Assembly (NCBI RefSeq): GCF_000007225.1 | Contig: NC_003364.1 | Coordinates: forward strand, 1,050,001 to 1,082,000 | Length of the DNA stretch: 32,000 bases | Origin: Pyrobaculum aerophilum str. IM2 | GTDB lineage: Archaea; Thermoproteota; Thermoprotei; Thermoproteales; Thermoproteaceae | Reading direction: 5' to 3' | In this document: in pieces, positions 8,835-17,304 of the stretch | How positions within the stretch are numbered: position 1 is the stretch's first letter | How the letters are laid out: the number at the start of each line of letters is the position of its first letter | The notes under the pieces: model-generated | What the model was told of the DNA's origin: nothing | Databases searched by the model: none | Seen by the model: only the letters and a program-made list of their open reading frames with translations | Translations under genes and position numbers: made by a program

Positions 8835-8882
8835 GTGATGAGGGCTGGGTTGCCGAGCGGTGGCGAATTAGGAGCCTACTGA
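8835..8882 (+). ncRNA. candidate C/D box sRNA
   Basis: C box GUGAUGA (8835-8841), an 11-12 nt spacer, D'-like CCGA (8853-8856), 3 nt, C'-like GUGGCGA (8860-8866), an exact 12-nt spacer AUUAGGAGCCUA, then D box CUGA (8879-8882). It lies in an intergenic spacer downstream of the TATA at 8789-8800. Confidence 0.5.
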
Positions 8883-9665
8883 CAAGGGCTAGGCGCTTGC
8901 GGCGAGCCCCGTCCCAAAGGGCGTTTAAAAAGCCAGAGACAGATCCCCTCCGCCAGTGGATTAGAGTAGCGCGGGAGTGCGCAGAAAGTGCGTTACGCCT
9001 TAATTATTGGGCAGATTACCGGCGCAGAAGCCCTCGTATATTACTTACGGGAAGCCGCCTGTGCTTTACAGCGGCATTATTGAGAAATCGCCTATATAAC
9101 TTCACCATTCTCTTTTTAAAAGGGCATCTTAGTTGCGACCTTGTTGCTCCTCACCCTAACCTGGCGCCTTAATTGCCGCCATGAAGGCAGTGGAGTACGT
9201 GAGGAAGAGCGCCGAGGAAGCCCAGAGATATACGACGGCCGCCAGACCTCGGTTGAGGCCTGCGTGTTAATAAAACGATACGCTTGACTTTATAAACAAG
9301 TGGATTACAGCCCGGGTAGTCAATAACGAAACCCCAGCCCTCCTTACCAGAAGGGGGAATGCTCTACATGCCGGTTGCTCGCGCGGAAGGGCGTTGCACG
9401 CCTGCCGGGGCCGGAGAGCCGTCTCAAGCGCGTGGAAAGCCCCAACAGCCCCGTCGCTACGTCGCTTGAATTGCAGAGGGCAACGTCCTCGGCCTAATGC
9501 CCAGCCAAGAGCGGGCTGTGGATTCCCCGCGCCTCCAGAGAGGGGCTAAAGCCGTGGCTAAGCCTAAATAAACGGCTGAAGGGAAGCCGAGGGCGATTCC
9601 CAGCCCCGCCGTGAAAGACTGTACAGAATACGAGAAAAACTTAAAAAAAAAGGTTTCTAATCCTT

Positions 9666-11771
9666 ATGGCAGTGATATACAAAGTAAAAATCACTTCGCT
9701 AGCCGCGGCTAGCCTGGCGGTGATAGCCTTGCTAGCGGCTTTGTCGCATGCGGCTACGCCTGGCGAATTTAGAGGGCCGATCGTTGAGCTCAAAGAAATT
9801 TGTATTAAGGCCGGGGCGCTCGGCCTAGCCGGTAGGAGCGTACACGAAGTGGCATTCTTATCGTGGTTGGGAGATGGGTTTATCCCTCTGCCCTACCGGG
9901 TAGAGGCCGTGGAGATATCAGTGGCGCCGTTATTAATAAACAGAACCGACGCCGAGAAGTACGCCTTTAAATCCCACACGTTGCCGCCCCGCTTTGAAAA
10001 CGACACTACTGTCTGCATATCAATACCCAAGAAAACGGCGAGGCCTCCTCCCAGGGCCCCCAGGGGCGGCGACCTCTACCAAATTAGCGATGCGTATGTG
10101 GTGGTATCCCCCAGACAGCCCTATGATCCCCCGCCTGTCCCCGTTGTCGGATCTAAACGCGACTCTGTGCCCGTCAGAAAGGCGGGGGTTGTAGAGGCCG
10201 TTGGCGCAGGCGCAGAGCCCCTCAGCGCTGTCTCCGCGGCCGTGAAAACTATCTCAGGCGGCTTCAAGACCATTGCCGCCTCCAACACCACAGTGGCGGC
10301 AAACGGCGTGACGTTTACAGTAACGCCCATTGACCTCCCCAACGGCACGAGGTATATTTGGCTGGCCTTTACTAACGTCACTCAGCCCGGCAGTTACTCC
10401 CTATACTACAAGGTATATGACGCGGCGAGCAACGCCGTCTACTTCGAGGGCACAGTCACTGCCGCTGTTGACGGGAGGAGCCCCTACTATTTCGTGATAT
10501 CAATACCGGTGTACCAGAAGGCATATAACAACCTCTTGAAGCTGTACATAGCCATTAAGAACCACAACCCAGTCCCAAGGGCTGTAGATCTCGTAATAGT
10601 GGGCATTTTCGACACGTCGCGCCACATGGACAACAGGTGGGTAGCCGGCATGGCCACCACTAATACTTACGGCTTCCCCGAATACGTCGTCCCAATTAGA
10701 GACGGCTACACTGCTATTCCCGTCCACATACCGCCCGGCGGCGTCCACGGGACAGAGAAAGTGAGAGTCAGGCTCGGGCTGAGGATATGCTCCTCGAACG
10801 CGCCCAGCTCCCTAACTGTTGATGTATACCTAAGGCCCATCTGGGTAGGCTCGCTTACCTTTACCTACAGCTACCGCGACTCGTGGGGATGTGCCGTGTA
10901 TAACACAGCCCAGGGCACTTACACTGGCTTCCTCCCAATGCCCTATTTGTTACTAGGCACTACTGACTTAGCCATAGGGCCCCTCCCCGCAGGGGCCCGG
11001 GTGACTGTATACGAGCTATACGTCGAGGGCTACAGAAGGCCGGAATTCAACAGGCCGTGGTCGCCAGCTATTTACGACTCCACTTGGCTAGACGGGACAT
11101 TTGTGATAAATAGCGTGTTGAAGGCGGAAACTTATATTTATACTAATCTGAGGACGGGGCAGTTCACCGATGTATATATAAGACTAGCTCTCTCGCCCAT
11201 AGTAACGCCAAATGGCGTAGTGCCGTTATCGCCTGGCGAGCATATAATTCATTACTACATCTACGCAACTGGCTTATCTCAACCAGACAAGAGCGATGCC
11301 GTTGAGGGCAGGCAGGAGACACTAGTCGATAAGCTATTGCCAATAGTGCGACGGATAAACGCCATCTTATCCGCGTTGGGTTTTGTAATAGACAGGACGG
11401 TGCAAGATGCGCCTAAAAAAGTGGCGTATAAGGTGGTGACTTTCGCCGGCAGAGTCACAGAACAAGCTCTCTCTTCAGCTAAGACTAAAGTAGAGGTCTA
11501 CCCGAATTACGTCCGGATAAACGTGGGGTGGGAGGAGACAAAAAACGCTGTCATCGTATCCATAAGATATTCTATGATTGCGAGAAGTGATCTAAAGACA
11601 GATATCGGCTGGTTTAAGTCGCCGTATACTACTATTTCAAACGATCTATTTGCCTCATCAAATGCCTATTCTATAGGGTTTATACAAGGCGTAGACATCT
11701 ATCGCACGTGGTACTGTCTGTATCAGGATATTTCTCCAGGTACGGTGTGTGATGCGTCTACATATAGGTAG
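9666..11771 (+). CDS. large secreted/surface protein, unknown family (701 aa)
   Basis: N-terminal signal/anchor SLAAASLAVIALLAALSHA. Thr/Val/Tyr/Pro-rich composition with many N-x-S/T sequons. ATG is about 25 nt downstream of the cttaaaaaaaaa box. No motif I can name. Confidence 0.7.
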   Translation: MAVIYKVKITSLAAASLAVIALLAALSHAATPGEFRGPIVELKEICIKAGALGLAGRSVHEVAFLSWLGDGFIPLPYRVEAVEISVAPLLINRTDAEKYAFKSHTLPPRFENDTTVCISIPKKTARPPPRAPRGGDLYQISDAYVVVSPRQPYDPPPVPVVGSKRDSVPVRKAGVVEAVGAGAEPLSAVSAAVKTISGGFKTIAASNTTVAANGVTFTVTPIDLPNGTRYIWLAFTNVTQPGSYSLYYKVYDAASNAVYFEGTVTAAVDGRSPYYFVISIPVYQKAYNNLLKLYIAIKNHNPVPRAVDLVIVGIFDTSRHMDNRWVAGMATTNTYGFPEYVVPIRDGYTAIPVHIPPGGVHGTEKVRVRLGLRICSSNAPSSLTVDVYLRPIWVGSLTFTYSYRDSWGCAVYNTAQGTYTGFLPMPYLLLGTTDLAIGPLPAGARVTVYELYVEGYRRPEFNRPWSPAIYDSTWLDGTFVINSVLKAETYIYTNLRTGQFTDVYIRLALSPIVTPNGVVPLSPGEHIIHYYIYATGLSQPDKSDAVEGRQETLVDKLLPIVRRINAILSALGFVIDRTVQDAPKKVAYKVVTFAGRVTEQALSSAKTKVEVYPNYVRINVGWEETKNAVIVSIRYSMIARSDLKTDIGWFKSPYTTISNDLFASSNAYSIGFIQGVDIYRTWYCLYQDISPGTVCDASTYR

Positions 11772-12387
11772 AGCTGGGGCGTCGACCGTATTGCTGTACT
11801 TATTGAACTTACCTCTTTTCTTCTCCAATCCCCTTTTTTATCCCCCGCTTTTCTCTCTAGGCGCGGCTTCGTATCACACGGCGTTTTTCGGCCTCTATAC
11901 ACTCTGGGGGTGGGCCTTATATGTTGGATCTTTCGTACTGGCGGCGCTAGTCCACCCGGCGCTTGGCGTCTTTTTAGCTTTTGTGGGGGGCTTTTTCGTG
12001 GCGCTGGCGTTGGGAAGCGGCAAGCGGAGGCTCCTTTCCCCATTTCTATATTTAGTCCTCTACTTCTTGTTGACCAACGCGCTGACGCTGGCCTCGTTGT
12101 TTATGCCCTTCGTGGTGGAGAGGGAGGAGGTGCCCGACCCCGCCCACGCGCCTCTCTACTTCGTGTACTACCTAGCGCTTCACTGGGCCTTCGGCCGCTT
12201 GGTGAGGCCCAGCACGGTTGTTAGCTCTGCCGCGAGGCTCTACAACGCGGCCTCCTCTCTGCTTAGGGTATTGCGAAAAACTGATAGCTTTCGTGAAGGG
12301 CCCGGCAAGAGGGCTGTTTACACGGCCTCTGCCAGCGATTTCGAAAAAAGCTGGGCGGAGGCATTCTCTGCTACGCTATTAGCTTAA
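11749..12387 (+). CDS. polytopic membrane protein, unknown family
   Basis: About 5 hydrophobic helices followed by a soluble tail. GTG/ATG start (11749/11752) overlaps the end of the 701-aa gene. Confidence 0.6.
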   Translation: MMRLHIGRAGASTVLLYLLNLPLFFSNPLFYPPLFSLGAASYHTAFFGLYTLWGWALYVGSFVLAALVHPALGVFLAFVGGFFVALALGSGKRRLLSPFLYLVLYFLLTNALTLASLFMPFVVEREEVPDPAHAPLYFVYYLALHWAFGRLVRPSTVVSSAARLYNAASSLLRVLRKTDSFREGPGKRAVYTASASDFEKSWAEAFSATLLA

Positions 12388-12447
12388 AAACGAAAAAGTT
12401 ATAGCCTAAAATCTAAAGTAAAAAAACGGGGGAAAGATCAGTATTTC

Positions 12448-12879
12448 ATGCGTTACCAAAAGATCCTATATATCACAGCGGCAATCGCCATCGCGGCGCT
12501 GGTGTATGCGCTGACGGAAACCACCGTATACCTACCGGTCTGTCTAGGCTTTCCCGGCGACTCCTGGGAATATGAAACTACCGGTTCCCCGTTCTATATA
12601 GAGGCGACTTTGACGACGCTAATTAGGTACGATGGATATTGGTGTAGCTCTCCGGCCTTATCCTTCTCTGCAACAACAGACAAGGTTCGTGTAGAGGTAT
12701 ACGCAGTGGGAGATGACCAATATTATGTGGTTACAGGCAGGTGCGTTGCTGAGGGGGAGAGCGTAGGTACTAGTGTAGATTGGACACTCGCGAGGTATCA
12801 TGGTGTGCAGGTATATCATACATGTACAGACGCCAAGTCTTACTACGTAGAAATTAAATACGACGCCTACTACAATTAA
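12448..12879 (+). CDS. N-terminally anchored/secreted small protein with four Cys (143 aa)
   Basis: N-terminal helix ILYITAAIAIAALVYAL. Beta-rich Tyr/Thr/Val composition. Own TATA-like box at 12413-12428. Confidence 0.65.
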   Translation: MRYQKILYITAAIAIAALVYALTETTVYLPVCLGFPGDSWEYETTGSPFYIEATLTTLIRYDGYWCSSPALSFSATTDKVRVEVYAVGDDQYYVVTGRCVAEGESVGTSVDWTLARYHGVQVYHTCTDAKSYYVEIKYDAYYN

Positions 12880-12881
12880 CC

Positions 12882-13499
12882 ATGAGGTTGTATATTCTGC
12901 TTGTAATAATTGCCGCGGTTGCTTCAGTAGGCCTAGCCTTTACATACTTCGTCTCCCAAGCGAAGGCGGATAGGTATTTGGCCATTGCCTACTTCCCGCC
13001 CCACCTCGCCGGGAATATAGACAAGGCGCTGGAGGAAGTGAAGAGAGAGGCCCAGTGGGCCAGCTGGTTTGGCGACGTGGGTCTCGCCTTGAAGAGACAG
13101 AGGGATGTGATAAACAAGATTTTGGAAGAGTGGGGCATTGGAAGAGATGGAGCGTCGCTAACTGTAGTAAACGAGCGGGGCGAGAGACAGAAGATAACAT
13201 ACCCATTTGCCTACCGTATCTACAAGAGAGACGGAAAAATCGTCGCGGAGATACGGCAAAAGGGCAGAGTAGTATTTAACTACACCACGGTCGACTTAGA
13301 AGACGCCTTCTGGACATTGATGGAAAAGGGCAGAGAGCTAAACGACACAACGTTAGAGCATGCTCTCCTGAGCTTCCTCATAGCGTATAAGTTTGACTTG
13401 CCCTTAGATTACTTCGTCTTTGCCATACCTTTCTGCAACGGCACGTACTACGGCCCCGACGTAAAGCCGCTGAGAGCTGTAATAGACGGGAGAGTGTAA
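12882..13499 (+). CDS. N-terminally anchored protein, unknown function (205 aa)
   Basis: ATG lies 2 nt after the preceding stop. N-terminal helix LYILLVIIAAVASVGLAF. Confidence 0.65.
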   Translation: MRLYILLVIIAAVASVGLAFTYFVSQAKADRYLAIAYFPPHLAGNIDKALEEVKREAQWASWFGDVGLALKRQRDVINKILEEWGIGRDGASLTVVNERGERQKITYPFAYRIYKRDGKIVAEIRQKGRVVFNYTTVDLEDAFWTLMEKGRELNDTTLEHALLSFLIAYKFDLPLDYFVFAIPFCNGTYYGPDVKPLRAVIDGRV

Positions 13500-13745
13500 G
13501 TGCGCTACTTCGTCGAGAACAGGACTATTATACCTATACGCCTTCCCGAGACAATTACTATCATAAACGTGGCTAGAGTAGGCGATGTCTGGCTAGGCGG
13601 ACATTACGTAATAGACGCATGTGCCTTGCCGAAGGTTAATAAACGCGGCGTAATTGCCATAGTCCACCGCGACAAACTAGACAGCGTAGTGAAGAACCTG
13701 GAGAAGTACCTAGGCGAAAAGCCGGTTATCCAGCCCATTTCTTAA
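13500..13745 (+). CDS. small hypothetical protein (81 aa)
   Basis: GTG immediately follows the preceding stop. It is the last gene of the tight operon and is followed by T-runs. Confidence 0.5.
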   Translation: MRYFVENRTIIPIRLPETITIINVARVGDVWLGGHYVIDACALPKVNKRGVIAIVHRDKLDSVVKNLEKYLGEKPVIQPIS

Positions 13746-13793
13746 TATTTTTAAAAGCCCTACTTTTTTAGACGCCTATCTTAATAGAGCTTC

Positions 13794-13843
13794 ATAACCC
13801 TTTTGAGTGCTCAATATAGCTGGCGTTGGCTTAAAAGGGTTAT
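13794..13843. repeat. perfect 11-bp inverted repeat (ataaccctttt / aaaagggttat) with a 28-nt loop
   Basis: Arms at 13794-13804 and 13833-13843 are exact reverse complements. It lies just downstream of the operon end. Confidence 0.8.
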
Positions 13844-13970
13844 CTGCAGTAACGAAGTAGTGGCCAATCATTAGCCCAGGTGAAGAGACGGCGTTGAAGC
13901 CCCGCCGGCACGTTGTGTGTACAAGCAGTGTCCCACTAATCACTGGCGTGGTCTATACTCCCCTACACTC

Positions 13971-14190
13971 TAATCATAAGGCACAAGCCTCTTACATCGC
14001 TCCCATCGCCGACCTCACCTCTGAAGGACTTCTTCACCCCCTCTCAAGCGCCTCTGCGTAGCGGAGTCCTCTTCAATTATCCCAAGTAAAGGGCCGCAGA
14101 GGCGGCCACGGGATTGCCGCCGGGGGTATTTGCGCGGGCTCCGCAGGGAAGAGGCCTTACTTCAGCTCTGCCTATTATAGCGCCGAGGGA
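13971..14190 (-). pseudogene. fragment of a class-III aminotransferase paralog
   Basis: It aligns by eye with 7621-7852 of the intact gene, same orientation, roughly two-thirds identical. Translated: GAIIGRAEVRPLPCGARANTPGGNPVAASAA versus GAIIGRAEVMSLPRGAHANTFGGNPVAAAAA. No N-terminal part, start or stop context. Confidence 0.75.
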
Positions 14191-14397
14191 TGTGGCGCTT
14201 AAGGTGATGTGTGAGTTATGCGGGGAGAGCGAGGCGTGTATCAAGACAGTGCACAGAGCGACACGACGGGCAGTGAAGGGGCTAGTTGAGGCGGCTGTGA
14301 ACGAGAAGCCTATTGAAGGGCTAGGCGCTTGTAATAAGGACTTAAGGTTGTGATACAAGGACCCCTTGCGTCAACTCCGCGCAATTGGGATTAAACT

Positions 14398-15168
14398 CTA
14401 CAGAGAGGCGCCAAACGCTTGTTTGATCTCGTTGAAATAGCTTTGATACCCCACCTCCTCAATTCTCTTAATTACATTCTCGTCGCCTTCAAGGACTACG
14501 CGTCCCTCGGCCATGACGTATACTTTAGTTGGCTTGATAAACTTCAACACTCTGGCGTAGTGTGTCGAAATTAAAATCCCGCTTCCAGAGGAGGCAAGTC
14601 TCATCACTGCTTTGCCCACTGCAGATATGCCGTCAATATCCAAGCCGCTGTCGGGCTCGTCCAGTATTGCGAATTTTGGATTTAGCAACAGCGCTTGTAA
14701 TACCTCTGCCCTCTTGAACTCGCCGCCGCTGAACCCCGCCCCTACGCCTCTATTAAAGACGTCGGGCCTTAGCCCCAGCTCCGCCGCTATTTTCTGAGCC
14801 TGGGCCAGCACTTGGGGGTTTGGATCTGTGAGCTTTTTGCCAGCCCTTATGTTCATCATGGCTTGGAGGAGGAAGGCAAACCTAACCTCCGGCACTGCAA
14901 TTGGCGACTGAAAGCCGACGTATATCCCCCTTGCGAATCGCTCCTCTGGGGGCAAGTCTTTTATAGATTCGCCGTCTAACAGTATATCCCCATCTATGAT
15001 CTCGTATTTTGGATTGCCGGCTATGGCTTGGAATAATGTAGACTTGCCGCTGCCGTTTGGCCCCATGAGCACTACGACCTCTCCCGTGGATATGGAGAGG
15101 GTTACGCCCCGAAGTATCTCCTTGCCGCTTACCGCCACTCTTAAGTTTTCTACCTGTAGCCTGTGCAT
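14398..15168 (-). CDS. sufC: Fe-S cluster assembly ATPase SufC
   Basis: Walker A GPNGSGKST, ABC signature FSGGEFKR, Walker B ILDEPDSGLD. ATG at 15168 (MHRLQVENL) lies 25 nt downstream of ctttatattta on the minus strand. Confidence 0.92.
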   Translation of the reverse strand: MHRLQVENLRVAVSGKEILRGVTLSISTGEVVVLMGPNGSGKSTLFQAIAGNPKYEIIDGDILLDGESIKDLPPEERFARGIYVGFQSPIAVPEVRFAFLLQAMMNIRAGKKLTDPNPQVLAQAQKIAAELGLRPDVFNRGVGAGFSGGEFKRAEVLQALLLNPKFAILDEPDSGLDIDGISAVGKAVMRLASSGSGILISTHYARVLKFIKPTKVYVMAEGRVVLEGDENVIKRIEEVGYQSYFNEIKQAFGASL

Positions 15169-15800
15169 GTGTGAGATGACGATGTGTAAATATAAAGTTG
15201 AATATAGCAACTCAAGACACGCCGAATTTTCTGGGCAGGGAGAAGGCCTCGGGGAGTTTAACGCGTATACACTCCTTAATGCTAAGCGCCTCCATCGCCC
15301 CTGTGGGCCACTTTAATCCACTCGTTTATTAGCTTTATCTCCGGCCTTAGGTATACGCCATGGGCGTGTCAAATACGTAAAACGCGGCCATCTTGTCGCC
15401 TACCTTGCAAACAGCCTTTTTCTCCGCGGCAAAACACGACATCGGCTTCCCTCTCCATTCTCCCTCCCACAGAGAGACCCTCTCCAGGGCGTACTCACTA
15501 ATTAGCGGTACTGCGTATTACTCCCCGTACTCCGCCAAGCTTGCTGGAGGCGGTAGCGCCAGTGCTGCCCACATTGCACCAGCTTAGGGACGCTCTGGCA
15601 GAATTCGCCGATGCGTTTAGAGTTGTTACGCGCGAAGTGAGTGTACCTCCTTGCAGACCAGTTAGACGCCTTGCGCAAGTTCAAACCGTTGAAAGACGCC
15701 ATTGACCAGTGGAGAGAGGGGAAGCCGGCCGCTCAACGTACGCAAAGCCCCGGGGTTTGAATATTGACGAATTGCACTTTTAAGTCGTATCGTAAGAGAC

Positions 15801-15810
15801 TTTATATATA
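15801..15810 (+). promoter_or_regulatory. TATA box (tttatatata) for sufB
   Basis: About 18-22 nt upstream of the ATG at 15823. Confidence 0.55.
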
Positions 15811-15822
15811 ACTATCGCGTTA

Positions 15823-17253
15823 ATGACGATGCAAGAGTTCCAGAACATCCACGCCACAATTAGCCACGTGGAGTCTGTGGAGGAGGTGCTGGGCATTGAA
15901 AAAAAGTTTTCGTATCAAGTTGAGCTAAAAGGCCGCATTACAAAGGACATGGTGGAGGAGATCAGCCGCCTCAAGGGAGAGCCGGATTGGATGCGCCGGT
16001 TGAGGCTGAGGATGTTAGAACTGTTTGAAAAATTGCCGACTCCGAAGTGGGTAAGGGCAGTGCAAGAAATTGATCTAGAGGCGCTTGTCCACTACGCCAA
16101 GCCCCAAACCGAGACTGTCTCGAGCTGGGATCAACTGCCCAAGGAGATTAGGGAGTATTACGAGAAACTAGGCCTGCCCGAGATTGAGGCTAAGGCATTA
16201 TTAGGCCTTGGGGCGCAATTTGACAGCGAGATCATATACTTCAACCTCAAGAAGAAGTTGCAAGAAAAAGGCGTAATTATGCTCCCCATGGAGGAGGCGG
16301 TGAGGAAATACCCAGATTTAGTACAGCGGTATTTCATGAGGGTATTCCCGCCGGAGCATAAATTCGCTGCGTTGCACGGCGCCTTGTGGTCAGGGGGCGT
16401 GTTCATTTACGTTCCGCCTGGCGTCAGAATTGAGCAGCCCCTCGAGACCTTCTTCTTCATCGGCCAGTCCATGGAGAGCCAAATGGAGCACTCCATTGTG
16501 GTGGCAGACAAAGACGCGTACGTCCACTGGATTGAGGGCTGTTCGGCGCCCCGCCTGTTGAAATACTCATTTCACAACGGCATGGTAGAGGGATACGCCC
16601 ACGAGGGCGCCACTTTGAAGATAACCACAGTACAGAACTGGTCTCGCAACGTAGTGAATTTTAACAACAAGAGGGCTATAGCTGAGGCGAGGGCCAAGGT
16701 GCACTGGGTAGAGGGCTCTATTGGAAGCAAGACTACTTACACGTTCCCCTCCACTGTTCTCAAGGGAGAGGGCGCCTCCACTGAGATCGTGGGCATTACC
16801 GCCGCCAAGGGGACATACTGGAAGGAGAACGGGGCTAAGGTGTGGCACCTAGCGCCTAGGACTAGTAGCAGAGTGGTGAACAAGAGCATCTCGGCGGAGG
16901 GGGGCGTGGCGGTGTACAGGGGGATTGTGCACGTACAGAGAGGCGCCAAATACGCCAAATCCCACGTGCAGTGCGACTCGCTAGTCCTCGACAAAGACTC
17001 AGCCACGCTCACAGTGCCCCACGACCAAGTATTTGAAGAAACCGCAGTAGTCACCCACGAGGCCACCGCCTCGACAATTTCAGAGGAGAAGTTGGCCTAC
17101 CTCCGCGCCAGGGGGTTCACCGAAGACGACGCCAAGGCCGCAATAGTGCTGGGCTTCGTCGGAGATATACTTAAGGACCTGCCCTTTGAATACGCCGTGG
17201 TGCTCGGCAGAGTAATAGAGCTTGAGTTCGGCAAGTTATCTAAAGTCGGTTAA
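15823..17253 (+). CDS. sufB: Fe-S cluster assembly scaffold SufB
   Basis: 476 aa with typical SufB/SufD beta-helix region motifs (HSIVVADKDAYVHWIEGCSAP, QNWSRNVVNFNNKRA, SISAEGGVAVYRG, VQCDSLVLD, ARGF). Confidence 0.92.
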   Translation: MTMQEFQNIHATISHVESVEEVLGIEKKFSYQVELKGRITKDMVEEISRLKGEPDWMRRLRLRMLELFEKLPTPKWVRAVQEIDLEALVHYAKPQTETVSSWDQLPKEIREYYEKLGLPEIEAKALLGLGAQFDSEIIYFNLKKKLQEKGVIMLPMEEAVRKYPDLVQRYFMRVFPPEHKFAALHGALWSGGVFIYVPPGVRIEQPLETFFFIGQSMESQMEHSIVVADKDAYVHWIEGCSAPRLLKYSFHNGMVEGYAHEGATLKITTVQNWSRNVVNFNNKRAIAEARAKVHWVEGSIGSKTTYTFPSTVLKGEGASTEIVGITAAKGTYWKENGAKVWHLAPRTSSRVVNKSISAEGGVAVYRGIVHVQRGAKYAKSHVQCDSLVLDKDSATLTVPHDQVFEETAVVTHEATASTISEEKLAYLRARGFTEDDAKAAIVLGFVGDILKDLPFEYAVVLGRVIELEFGKLSKVG

Positions 17254-17261
17254 CTCAACAG

Positions 17262-17268
17262 TTTTTTT
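17262..17268 (+). terminator. T7 run downstream of sufB
   Basis: ttttttt begins 9 nt after the sufB stop. Archaeal terminators are oligo-T tracts. Confidence 0.5.
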
Positions 17269-17304
17269 ACTCTGATATAATTAAAACATCATTAGCTATA
17301 GGAC

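Noticed and set aside
8842-8900. tRNA-like 5' half: gggctgggttgccgagcggt resembles the acceptor and D-arm of a class II tRNA (Ser/Leu).
   Set aside because: No T-arm (GTTCRAATC) or matching 3' acceptor strand exists anywhere downstream, even allowing for introns. The segment is better explained as the first guide region of the C/D box candidate.
8897-9172. 91-aa ORF in the spacer after the aminotransferase gene.
   Set aside because: It has a non-ATG start, an Arg-rich and implausible sequence, and no promoter spacing. The region looks like decayed or non-coding DNA.
11723-12224. ORFs at 11723-12043 (minus) and 11910-12224 (plus) overlapping the 212-aa membrane protein gene.
   Set aside because: They are alternative frames of a GC-rich membrane-protein gene. 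The hydrophobic-helix frame (11749-12387) is the only one with a coherent protein character.
14114-14353. 79-aa ORF, including an internal 48-codon MCELCGESEACIK… frame.
   Set aside because: The first half is simply the antisense of the aminotransferase fragment. The second half corresponds to the duplicated spacer, whose left copy carries the C/D box candidate instead. There is no independent support for coding.
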